A DNA stretch of 64,000 nucleotides from Nemertoderma westbladi. Taxonomy: Eukaryota > Animalia > Xenacoelomorpha. Below the pieces are notes generated by a model that worked only from the letters and a program-made list of their open reading frames with translations, was not told the DNA's origin and did no database searches. The stretch covers positions 1 through 64,000 of the forward strand of contig JAUCBJ010008095.1 in NCBI GenBank assembly GCA_032718475.1. Reading direction: 5' to 3'. The position numbers were made by a program, and so were the translations under genes. Shown in pieces: positions 25,096-36,328 of the stretch. Within the stretch, counting starts at the first letter, position 1. Each line of letters begins with the position of its first letter.

Positions 25096-25664
25096 TGTAA
25101 AAAGGGCAGATGTAGCAATAATTCTGACTTTATTACAGATAACCAACAAATTATACTAATACAAACAATTTATAAGTAATAAAGGTCTGCAACTGTGTAA
25201 TCTATATAGGAACTAATGAACAAAACCGCACCTTTTATAGCAAATTTGTGCCGCTAACAATCGAGATAAATCTAGATTGTTCTATGAGTTCCATTAGGTT
25301 TTTAAATATAATCATTGGTCCAGCAAACATATAACTTGCACAACATTGGTTACTGTCAAATAACTACAATCGCATTGGTTAATCTATCTTGAGCAGATGC
25401 AATTAAATCGTAGCGGTCAATTCAAATGAGTTGAAATTTAGCACAAAAATAATTCGAACCTGCTAGGATTTGAACTCGATACCTACTAAACGATTTTCTA
25501 ACGCATAACCGACTGAGCTACTGAACCACTTGAACAATATTGTATAAATAGCTATATTAAATGCAAATGAGGACTTAATGTAATCTTTATAACACTAATG
25601 CAAGTTAATTCCAACAAAATAAAATTTTGAAAATCCACGGCTTTTATGAGGATATAATTCTATA
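25096..25664 (-). repeat. Putative 3' LTR of BEL-C (boundaries approximate)
   Basis: Minus strand: PPT-like CATGGAGCGG (cf. CTGGGAGCGG in BEL-D), then TATAGA (TGT expected); AATAAA near the far end, ending ...GCTACA (25111) or ...TTTTACA (25096). No second copy available to confirm. Confidence 0.45.
25453..25527 (-). other. Degenerate tRNA-like sequence (Pol III A and B boxes)
   Basis: GGTTCAG-TAGCTCAGTCGG...GAGTTCAAATCC; stems pair poorly, so not a functional tRNA. Confidence 0.5.
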
Positions 25665-27073
25665 CCGCTCCATGAAAACAGGATATTATGGTACATAAAA
25701 TATACGGTTTTCACCAATCAAATTATGGAATACTTGGGGCATACCTACATATTTACAAATTAAATTTCAAACAATAATACTTCCTTTCTACGTAATAATT
25801 TGGTACAAAATAATTACAAATTCAAACTTTACATATTTAAGGCTTTATTAAGTAGGTACAATATAAATCTAAATTAAATTCACCAATATAAATCTATTGC
25901 ATCTCAAATATTGCATAAATTCAAAATAATCACAAATACTAATACTGCTTCTTATATAAAATATAGATTGCATAAGTTCGGAATAATTACAAATATGAAA
26001 TCACAAGAAAGGCTCGCAAGTCTTCTGTCTACTCTCTTGCAAATACAAATACTGCTTCTATATAAAATATAAATTGCATAAATTCAAACAATTACGAATA
26101 CAAATACTTTCGTACCTAAATATAAATTGCATAAGTTTGGAATAATCACAAATATAAAATATAAATCTTTCAAAATATAAATTCCTTCTAAATATAAATC
26201 TTACTAAATATAAATTCCTTCTAAATATAAATCTTACTAAATATAAAATATATGAATCAAATAAATCACAAGAAAGGCTCACGAGTCTTCCGTCCACCCT
26301 TTGCCTTACATTTTATTGCCTTTCAGAACGGGCCCTGCCGCGTCCTCGAAAACTACGTATAGGCGATTTATTTAGCTTGTGATACGGGACTTATGGGGCG
26401 AGTCACTAGTTTACCTTGGACATTGGGAGATGGTGCGACCATTTCTTCACAAGCTCGTATTTTCGTAAACCCAAATCCTCGTCCGACTCCTCGTGACCGA
26501 TTGGTTGTATCCACCGTTGGCAAAACATCTGGGAACGCGCGGGAAGCGGACGACGCAGACCCAAGAGAAACTTGCGCCCCCTTTTGATCAGCTGGTATGT
26601 GTCCCAGTCCTCCTTGCGGTTCTCTGGGAAGTGACACCGTATCCCGAGTAACTCGAATAGTCGGTTCAAATCCCTTTCGTTCTTCAATATTTATAGTTTT
26701 CTTTAGTTGTTGGCTCCTTTTGAACCCTTATGATCCTGTTCTGTCCGTCCTCCCGAGGGTGACGTGCAGACGGCGCAACCGGAGTAGCTGGTATGTTGGT
26801 CGCCTCTAGGATCTCCTCTTCCTCGAATACGCTTGCTCGTATGCGTTTGTGGTAGAATGCGGCTCAGTACGCCCATGCGACGGTTAACCAAGCTCCCTTG
26901 TTTCGCTTTTCTGTTCGGAAACGATCAAATTCACCATATGTGATACGATTGACGACTTTCTGGAAGTTCCATGTATTCTTATTATCGGAATGAATCTGTA
27001 GCAAATATTCGCGCACAACTCTAAATCCACTATCATGAGGTAAAATATCAACTACCTCGATTAGTTCGTCATA

Positions 27074-29512
27074 TTGTGGAATAGTGTTAACCGAAATTCT
27101 GTCCATCTTCAGGATTTTATCTCTGGAAATGGATTGTTTTCGGCTGGAACCCAGTTCAAGAAGCGAACTGGAAAGCTATGGACTCATAGTGGACCCAGTG
27201 GTCACAAGTCCCAGATAGACCATATTCTGTTTCGTAGGAAATACAGGAGCTCTATACAAGACTGTAATGCATTTACACTTCGACCCTTCTCCAGTGATCA
27301 CCGCCTTATTGTGGCCAAGGTAAGACTTAGTCTGCGTGCTAGCAGAACAACGAAATCTGCCTTGCCACGGCATGACTGGTCCTCTCTGTTGCAACAGCCA
27401 AGTGTGAGATCCAGCTTCACACTACAGCTGAGCAACAGGTATGAGGCTCTTGCCTCTGAGGCGGCAGATCACTGTGAGGGCTATACTGCCTTTACAGAAG
27501 CAGTTAAGTTAGCAGCTGCAGAAACAGTTCCTGTATACCCTCGAAACAGGAAAAGGGCCCCCTGGACTGACAACAAAATTCAGAAGTGCCGAAATGACCT
27601 TCATAAGGCGCAGAAAGAGTCCCGACTCAAACAGACTACAGCGGCCAAGAATGCAGTTAAAGCTGCATCTAGGTCCCTGAACAGGCAGTACTCTGTTAAT
27701 CTACAGGAGCTAATAAACCAACAGGTTGATGCCATCAATGATGCTGACGACAGCAGGCAATCATCCCAGGCATGGAAATCGATCAATCTGCTTACTGGGC
27801 GGAAAAGCCAACCAACCACCAAGGTTAAGGCTGAATCACCAGCCGATCGCCTCAATGGTTGGAAAGCCCACTTTGAAAAGCTCCTCAATAATGACAGGGT
27901 ATTGCCTGATAACTTTATAGAAGTAAAAGTGTCTGAGTCTGTACTCCCAGATATTCCCATTGGCGATATCTCCTTTGCAGAAGTGAAGGCTGCTGCAAAG
28001 AGCATTAAGACCAATCGTGCCAGTGGAGTAGATGGTGTTCCCCCTGAGGTCTTTAAAATACCTGAGTGTTTAAAGCTCATCTATCCCATCATAGTAGACA
28101 TGTACCGTACAACAAGAGTCCCACAAGAAATGAAAACAAATAAGTTGGTGCCAGTTCCCAAGAAGGGCAACCTAACACTCTATGGTTCTTTTCGGGGAAT
28201 CTCATTGATCTCGATTGCTGCAAAACTATACAATAGAATTCTATTAAATCGCATCAGGGATCCCATTGAGAGACTGCTACGTGGAAATCAGAATGGGTTC
28301 CGTAAAGGTCGTGGGACCATGGAGCCCATTTTGGCACTTAGAAGGATAATTGAAGAGTTATCAAAAAAGAAAGACAGGCATCTGGCTGTTATCTTTGTTG
28401 ACTTCTTCAAGGCCTTTGATTCAGTCTCTCGCTCACGTATGTTCAGCATACTTTCATTGTATGGGATTCCTGATGAAATTATTGCAGCAATCAGATCAGT
28501 ATACGATGGTTCGACAACATTTGTGTCTACTGTTGACGGTGACACAGAACCATTTGAAGTGTTATGGGGCGTCCTCCAAGGAGACACACTTGCACCATTC
28601 TTGTTCATTATTGTGGTTGACTATGTTCTACGCATGTCCTTAGATCATCATAATGATGATGGGGTGATGATAACTCCACCTACTGGCTCCAGAAGTCGAG
28701 GAAATCCTGCCAAGTACCTAACTGATCTAGACTTTGCTGATGACTTAGGAGTACTCTCAGAATCATTAGAGGGAGCCCAGCGGCTCCTCAGCTCATTAGA
28801 ACATGCTGCTTCTAGTGTTGGTCTTTTTATTAACTCCAGAAAGACCAAAATTCTGACAGTTAACTTTGAAAGTCCTCAGCAAGTCTCTGATCGGATGAGC
28901 ATAAGCTCAAAGGATGGTATGCTTGAGCATGTGGACGACTTCTGTTACCTGGGATCATGGATCCGGAAGTCAGGTGAGGACCTTCGAATACGTAAGGGAA
29001 AGGCATGGGCAGCCTTGAATAGGCTTTCCAGGATTTGGAAGTCACCTAGAATTAATCGGAAACTTAAGGTCCGATTATTTAGAGCAGCAGTAGTTCCAGT
29101 ACTCCTCTACGGGAGTCCATGCTGGGCTCTAACTGCTGAGGACACCAAATCTCTGGATGGCACATTCACAAGAATGCTACGCCGGGTACATTGTGTCAAG
29201 TACAATGCACACATCTCCAACCAGACACTATATAACATTGGAGGTGTCTCATTGGTTCCCCCAAGCTTGACACTAGAACAAAATCGCCTCCGCTTTGCAG
29301 GACATTGCTTTCGCCGTGAGGACCAGCCAGTGCACAATCTTGTACTTTGGCAGCCTCATGGAGTGAATAAGCATGGTGGACAGCCCATGACTTTCTTGAG
29401 ACGCATCTTAAAGGACACTGGCCTTAAAGATGCGGATGATCTAGCAAATGTCATGGGTGATAGGGAGTTGTGGCGGTGCAATTTTGTTGACAAGCCGGCA
29501 CAGCATTCTTAA
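27074..29512 (+). CDS. RTE endonuclease (partial)-reverse transcriptase, uninterrupted but 5'-truncated
   Basis: QIDHIL, SDHRLI, QNGFR, DFFKAFDS, GVLQGD, FADD, YLGS, GHCFR. The annotated start lies in the TSD and is not the natural start. Confidence 0.88.
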   Translation: MWNSVNRNSVHLQDFISGNGLFSAGTQFKKRTGKLWTHSGPSGHKSQIDHILFRRKYRSSIQDCNAFTLRPFSSDHRLIVAKVRLSLRASRTTKSALPRHDWSSLLQQPSVRSSFTLQLSNRYEALASEAADHCEGYTAFTEAVKLAAAETVPVYPRNRKRAPWTDNKIQKCRNDLHKAQKESRLKQTTAAKNAVKAASRSLNRQYSVNLQELINQQVDAINDADDSRQSSQAWKSINLLTGRKSQPTTKVKAESPADRLNGWKAHFEKLLNNDRVLPDNFIEVKVSESVLPDIPIGDISFAEVKAAAKSIKTNRASGVDGVPPEVFKIPECLKLIYPIIVDMYRTTRVPQEMKTNKLVPVPKKGNLTLYGSFRGISLISIAAKLYNRILLNRIRDPIERLLRGNQNGFRKGRGTMEPILALRRIIEELSKKKDRHLAVIFVDFFKAFDSVSRSRMFSILSLYGIPDEIIAAIRSVYDGSTTFVSTVDGDTEPFEVLWGVLQGDTLAPFLFIIVVDYVLRMSLDHHNDDGVMITPPTGSRSRGNPAKYLTDLDFADDLGVLSESLEGAQRLLSSLEHAASSVGLFINSRKTKILTVNFESPQQVSDRMSISSKDGMLEHVDDFCYLGSWIRKSGEDLRIRKGKAWAALNRLSRIWKSPRINRKLKVRLFRAAVVPVLLYGSPCWALTAEDTKSLDGTFTRMLRRVHCVKYNAHISNQTLYNIGGVSLVPPSLTLEQNRLRFAGHCFRREDQPVHNLVLWQPHGVNKHGGQPMTFLRRILKDTGLKDADDLANVMGDRELWRCNFVDKPAQHS

Positions 29513-29548
29513 AAATGCAGCTGCAATGCAGCATGCCGATCCTAGTAG
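27080..29548 (+). mobile_element. Second RTE-clade LINE family, 5'-truncated, short (TAG)n tail
   Basis: Flanked by a 100-bp direct repeat at 26980-27079 and 29549-29648. Confidence 0.93.
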
Positions 29549-32500
29549 TATTATCGGAATGAATCTGTAGCAAATATTCGCGCACAACTCTAAATCCACT
29601 ATCATGAGGTAAAATATCAACTACCTCGATTAGTTCGTCATATTGTGGCATAGCGGAGATATATCCTTCCGACATCATAGTTTGAGGGTTTACCGCCCAA
29701 AATCCAAGATGTGCTCTCATTGGGAATCATCTTCTTTGCGCCGATACATGTTCGTCAGCTAAATCTTCCCAATCATCAAACAGTTTTCTCACTAGTTTTA
29801 CAGATTCGTGTTTGTATGGTATGTCTCGCAGTTGACATTCAGATGCTCGATGTCCCTTTATATTGCAATATGAGCATTGAGCCATAAATCTCCAGCAAGT
29901 ATAAAACGTATGGGACCCTTGATCTCCACACCATCCACAAATCAGTTGAGTCGTAGTAATGTGTTTTCCACTGCATTTCGTCGAATGATGTCCAGCGACG
30001 CCACATTTACCACACATCGTATTGGCAGGGTACCACACTCGCTCATATATAAGATCTCCAATTGGTCGAGCGCTTCCTCCCACACTATAGTCATAATCGT
30101 CTGGATCGATAGGTTGGTATGTTTCAGAAGGTTGTATGCAAACTACAGCATCTGTTGCTTCAAGTTGACGAATCTCCGTCTGAGATTTCTTCGGGAAGTT
30201 CCTTTCAATCTCAAGAAGTTCTTCTAGAGGATCATCGATGATCGTCGTTACGTCGGAATCATCACCTAAGTGACCGATAGGCACGCGCGTGATTCGTCTA
30301 TAACCTCCACGATACGTTCTCCTTCATAAGGTAACATTGTAAACATAGATGGTCTTTCGATAAGAGATCCCGCACAGCGAAGATACACGTCTCGAAATAT
30401 ACTAAATCCTGCTCGAGTAAAGGCATTGCACTGAGCGTCGGAATTGTAGAAGGGTTCGAGGAACTGTCTAAACACGTCGGTATGAATTCTCCCTTCCGCG
30501 TAGAACGTATGATCTTCTCTGAGACAAAGTGGATGTTGTTTAAGAGTCCGAGACACAATGTCGGCGATCAAGCAAACATTCACTGATGACTCTATCGCTA
30601 AATAATATTGTAGTACTGCTCTTGGAGGTGAAGTAATAGCCCAATGCACGCATCCTCTCCATTTGAGCTGTGATTCAAACTCGTTTATATCTGGAGTATC
30701 ACCTTCTCCATACGTTTTAATATACTTTGTTCTTTTACTTTCCTTGTAATCCCAATTAAACATCAGGTAGGAAATGTATCCAGTTCCGGTCTTCTGAGTA
30801 TCATACTCCCGGAAAAGTCCTTGTTCTATAGACCACAGTATAAGAGGTCGAGTGTCGACGTAAGGTGTCGGTAATTGGTTGTCACTGTCCGACATGCCGG
30901 CAAAGTCGCTAATTAAATCCTCTCTAACTCCTGATCCAATCTTTACAACGGTTTTATCTAAAATAATATTTCTTACCATCTTCGGTAACATCCTAGCATC
31001 GATGTTGCAGGCTTGGTCCATCTTCTTTACTATGTTAGTGAGGAGATGGTGCCGCTTAGTATTTCCTGGAGGTATCGGCATTTGCTTGTCGCTCCTTTGT
31101 CTACTGAAAACGTGCAAGACTCCGTCTGCCGCTCTAATTTGTAAAGTCTTGGAAGTCAGACTCTGTTGATGGCTGCCGCCCTCGTTGTCATAAAACATGT
31201 AACCATTTTCCTGGAATGATCTAATCGTCCTGTTCCATTTGTCCATTAATTCTTCCGAAGGTTGCCAAATCTTCTCTATGTCCTTCTCGTCCTCGAAACG
31301 AATGATTTTACCTTGCCAGTTCGTGGCGATGTCTGTATCCGATTCAAAGGTTCCTGTTCCGATCCACAAACGAATTGTTCTGGTCAGATATCCACTTTAG
31401 TTACTCGGAGCTATATCAGCGCCAGCTCTATCCAGTTCCCTAAAGTCTTGAATATGAGGCGGAACATTATGCACGACCTTTTGCGTAATATGTCTACGTA
31501 AATCATATATCTTAACCATATCGCTTAGAACAACTGCAGGAAGAAACTCTAAGTTTGAAATGATTTCCGGATGATCCACAATAGGTATTTCGTACGTCGT
31601 ATCTTCTCGGACTGGTATACTAATAGGGAAATTGAGTGTCGTACTCAATGGTTTTGTAGTCGAAGTACTATGCGGTTGCATTTCTCTTGTCCTTTTCGGT
31701 GATGCAATTTGTAGTCTCTAAATAACGTTTTGAGCAAAGTTTATACTTTCGAAAATTTCCGGTGTCACATCCTTAGCTGAAGTTTGATCGTGTGACGTCC
31801 AATGGTAAGGTAGGCTCGCGAGTCTTCCGCCCCATTCTTCCATCTCACCTTCCTCGAAAGCCTTATAGGCTCTGTATAGGCTAAGAGCTTCTTTCTTTTC
31901 GCGGGTTGACTGAGTCACCTCTTCCAGCGTAAGTTCAAATGCATCGGGTTCAACAATCTTAGGTGGACAAACGACAATTTCTCCCGCCTTTGGTCCACAC
32001 ATAGCAAATGAATGATACGGATTCGATAAAGGATACTCCTTCCTGGTAACGTAGTTGTTGATGGTTCGAACACCTTGCCAATATCGGTTCGGGATTTTCC
32101 TTATTCAAATGCATCGGAATCGCCTTTTGTTGTTTGCGCATACAGGCACCACATTGATAATAAAGTTTATAAACTGAAAAGGCTTCCTTCGTTTCTCTAT
32201 TGTCTCCTCGAGTTCGTCTGTAAAGATGCATTCCATCAAATTCATCGCGTACCGCAGGCATAGGTTCATGTGCCTTCAGGTATTGCATGGTATGATACAA
32301 ACGACTAATTTCGGTATCGGGGTCTTCACTGATATCTCCCGTATCACATAACGCATCGTACAGATAAAGTTCATTGAAGGTTTTTCGCAAACTTTCGATT
32401 CTTTCGTTTAGAGCGTTCTGCCTCCTCTTTAATACCGTCGAGTCGTATTTAGTTTTAGCAAGTTTTGCTGTACTTTCTGATAAATCCTTTATTCCGAATA

Positions 32501-33237
32501 TAGTGTAATCCTTTGCACCGAATCTTTCAAATGGAGCTGCCGCTTCCTCTTGAATATCGTATCCTCATCTCGGCTCTCCAGATATCCCCTTTGCCATTAT
32601 TAGAAGTATGGTTACATAATCATTACTACTAGAGGGAATACAACAGAGTTTATGTTAGTTGTGAGGAGCTTTGAGAGTTTTCGTCTGCCCTTTTGGCTCG
32701 ACAATGCTCTAACCTCCTACCCATAGCCTAAGATCTAGGGTTTCTTTAATGACACACTGTTTCTTATCTAAAATTTTGCCGAAATAAAAACGATTTGGGC
32801 TAAACTGGCTGTGAGTCTAAAATACTCACCTTTTGATCCCAAACTATTATCAGAAAATAAGCAATCAAGAATTAGTAATAAATATAGGGAAGACTTATTG
32901 AAACACGACCGTGTAAAATTTAATATTAAAAAAGAAAGGCTCGTGAGTCTTCCGTTCTCTTGTTTCTCTAATTTTAAGTTCCACCCGACTGTACCCTGAA
33001 ATCCATTCACTGGAGAAAATTTTAAAATTTTTCAAATCCAAATGGATTGTCTAAAATTTCGAAAATGTCTCATATTGTGAGTTCCAAGTAGAATTCCATT
33101 TCTTATACCTACAAATCCCGCTCCTATGTGACACATAAGGGTACTACCCTCAATGTTCACATATAAAGACAATGGAAATCTACCGCAGTCTTTACTACAG
33201 TGTACAGGTACGCGGAAATCTATTTGTAAACTCCTTA

Positions 33238-36200
33238 TTATTTACTAACATTAGTTGGAGACTTGTAATCTCCAGACTCGTTACGAGTCTCTTCAAGAAG
33301 TACTAGACGTTGAGTCGGTCTGTCTACTGTACGACCGTCAATTGTCCGTACCGTCACGGTTCTTATCACTCCATCCATAGATGGATGTGTGTCTAAAATA
33401 ACACCTGTTATCCAGAAGCGTCTTTTTAAATTCACTTCTGCCAACAGCACGTGATCTCCCGGCTTTAAAGCACGGGTATTGTTGTACCAAGTAGTTCTGG
33501 CAGAAATAGAGGGCAAATAATGGTTTTGCCATATTTCCCAGAATTTGTTAGCCAGTTGTTGCGTGATTTTCCACGCTTTTCTACCATAGCTATCGCCTTC
33601 TATTGGAATAGAAATAGGCATCAATGAAGTCGGTGCCTGCATTAGCAGGTGTGCAGGTGTTAAAGCAAACTGGGATTGTTTGTCATCGGGTACTAATACT
33701 ATTGGTCTAGTATTTAGTATTGCCTCGATTTCAACAAACAATGTGGTCAGTTGGTTGTCTGTCAAGATGTGGTGTACTGGAATGACTTTTGCCATGGCTG
33801 TTTTAATAGATCGTATCAGTCTCTCCCAGACCCCGCCTCTCCATGGACTATCTGGAGGATTAAACTTCCAAACAATCTTGTAAGGACGTAGTTCGTTTGA
33901 GATTTGATCATGATCTAATTTCTTAAAGGCTCTAGCAATTTCATTTCGAGCACCAACAAAGTTTGTACCTTGGTCTGAGTACAAGCATTTTACTAGTCCG
34001 CGTCTAGCGATAAATCACCGCAATGCTAGTATAAAAGCGTTGGTGGAAAGATCCATCACACGTTCAATATGAACTGCCCTACTGGACATGCATGTGAAAA
34101 TCAGTCCCCAGCGTTTTACTAGTATACATCCACGTTTCGTATGTATGGGACTAAAGCAGTCAATTCCAGTCTCTGTGAAAGGTGGTCTGAATGCTTGTAG
34201 TCGTGCTTGTGGAAGTTCACTCATTTCTTGGGTACTTATTCTAGAATGTACCTTTTTACAAATAATACACATGCGCATCACCGAACTTAGTGCTTTACTG
34301 GGTCTAATTAATACAAATCTTGTACGTAAGTAGGAAAGACAGTGGTGTCTTCAAGCGTGTTTCAGATGTAAATGTGCGTCCAGTATCATTGCACGTTGTA
34401 ATTCGTGATGTTGCGGTATTATTATTGGTTACCTAAAATCAGTATTAAAGTCAATGTTTTGAAGCCGAGATTTATGACAAATTAGGCCATTATAAATTAT
34501 TGGACTCCAACTCAATATTGGTGACGACTTGATTGGTTGACCTTGACTTATGGATGTGAATTCGCGTGCGAAATATCGCAATTGGTAATGGCGAATTAAT
34601 TTAATTTCACATCTGTCAATCTCAGTCAATGTAAGTCGACGTGTAAAGTTGCATTTGCCTTTAACGTATTGTACAAAACGTACAATCCACGCTAATTTTC
34701 GGCACGCATTTGTCCAAGAATCTGTCAGGTTTACAATACGGTCGACGTAAGTATTTATGACGTCATCAGGTAAGTCAATGGTGAATTTTGAAGGTTTTGT
34801 TTTACTAGATGGGCCCACGGGTCCGCCGGTAGGTATTCCCTTGTTGACTGTTGATCCGTCCGGGTCTATGAGTAATTTGTCCTTCTTCGCCTTCTTACCT
34901 TGATTGTCAGTACTTTGTGAGTCGATCCCTAATGGAGGTTTTAACTCTATGGGATCACTGGGTTTCGGTAAACTTATTTTTCTGCCGATATTTATCCCAG
35001 GTCTCACCGTAGGTTGTAAGGTTGGTATGTCTCTTGAGCGCAAAGTAACACCTGTATTTACATTTGTATAGGTACTACCCACATCTGTAATACATGAGGT
35101 TTCACTGTACTTATGGTTACTCAAGAGTGTCAAATTTGGTAGTTTGTCGATAGAAGGCCGCTCCAAAAGGGAAACTGCGGCTTTACTATGTGTCAGTATG
35201 TTACTAATGTCTGGTTGAACATCTTGTGATATGTCTGGTAAAATGTTTCGCGGAACGTCCGGCGAAACGTCTAGTGACATGTCTGGCAAAATGTCTGGTT
35301 GACCGTCTAGTAACGTGTCTGGTTGACCGTCTGGCGATACATCTGGTGAAGAAAGGCTCGCAAGTCTTCCATTCTTAACTTTGTAAGTTATATTTTTCTT
35401 TTTCGCCTTTGGTTTCTTCTTAAGTTTCGCCGTCGTTTTTTTCTTTGCTTTCCCTTTCTTTGGTTTTTTAATTTCGGCGTCCTTAGGGATAGTGTTAGAC
35501 TTGTTATCGTACAGTGGCGGCCAATGTTGTGCTGCTCTTTGTACGAATTGTGGTCCCTGTTGCCAAAATTCCTTGTTCTCCGGTTTACAAAACTCCTCAG
35601 GCATCATTCCTCGCGACGCAATATCAGCTGGGTTTTGTGGTCCGGGACAATGTCGCCAATCTTCTTTTATTGAATGGTCTAAAATTTCTGCACGACGGTT
35701 AGCTACAAATGTCTTAAATTCAAGTGTGTCGTTGTTTATATAAAATAAAACTAACGTCGCGTCAGTCCAATAAAATATCTGTAAGCTTGATTGTAATTCC
35801 GTCTGTATAAGGTTCACAATGGTGGTTGACAAGGTTGCTGCTTGTAGTTCAGCGCGTGGTGTCGTCATATACTTAGTAGGCATGGTCTTAGCCTTAGAAG
35901 TAATGAGCGATACATCAAACTCGTCTGAATCTACTTGCCTACGCAGATACGCTGTCACTCCAAAGCCGTTGTCACTGGCGTCAGAAAAACAATGTAATTC
36001 TAAGTCGTCAGGAAATGTCGTCTGTAATGGAAAGTACACCCGGGGTATGGAATAATCTTCTAGTGAAGACAATTGCGCCTCCCAAGTTTTCCATAAGTCC
36101 ACTTGTTCGGATGAGATCGGTTCGTCCCATGTCAGTCCATCTTTCCAGATACTGCGCATGTATATTCTTGCTTGCAGTATTATTGGGCTGATAAAACCTA

Positions 36201-36328
36201 ATGGATCGAACAATCGACTCAGCTTTGACAAGCAAGACCTCTTTGTCAGAGAATCTCCTTGAGCGTCCAGTCTTACTTTCACTCGAAAGTTGTCTGTGTT
36301 TGGGTCCCAAAATAGTCCCAACACCTTG
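33238..36328 (-). pseudogene. BEL-C pol remnant (RT end, RNase H, integrase)
   Basis: KVLGLFWD, FDPLGF, FSDAS, PRAELQAA, WTDA, NPADIASRG; CIIC, GIDCF, SDQGTNF, WERLIR; frameshifts near 34400 and 34015. Confidence 0.92.

Larger units (their letters stand above)
26406..32597 (-). pseudogene. BEL-C accessory ORF3: DEDDy-like 3'-5' exonuclease plus triple CCHC zinc knuckle; ~1200 codons after removing the RTE
   Basis: 32002-30266 is one frame with two stops. Exonuclease motifs MFYDNEG, TLQIRA, LPKMVRNIILDKTVVKIGSGVRED, YVDT, W...QYYLAIE. Knuckles CGKCGVAGHHSTKC, CGWCGDQGSHTFYTC, CSYCNIKGHRASEC in 29727-30284. Frame continues across the RTE TSD. Confidence 0.75.
25096..36328 (-). mobile_element. 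BEL-C: divergent BEL/Pao element, 3' half only, with large accessory ORF
   Basis: pol remnant at 36328-33238, accessory ORF at ~32597-26406, AT-rich 3' UTR, putative 3' LTR at ~25096-25664. Cut at 36328 by the BEL-D LTR. Confidence 0.8.

Noticed and set aside
25453-25527. Functional tRNA gene
   Set aside because: Acceptor and T stems do not pair; only the A/B boxes are recognisable.
26406-32597. env gene in the ORF3 position
   Set aside because: No signal peptide or transmembrane segment evident in any of the three ORF3s; motifs indicate nuclease/RNA-binding instead.
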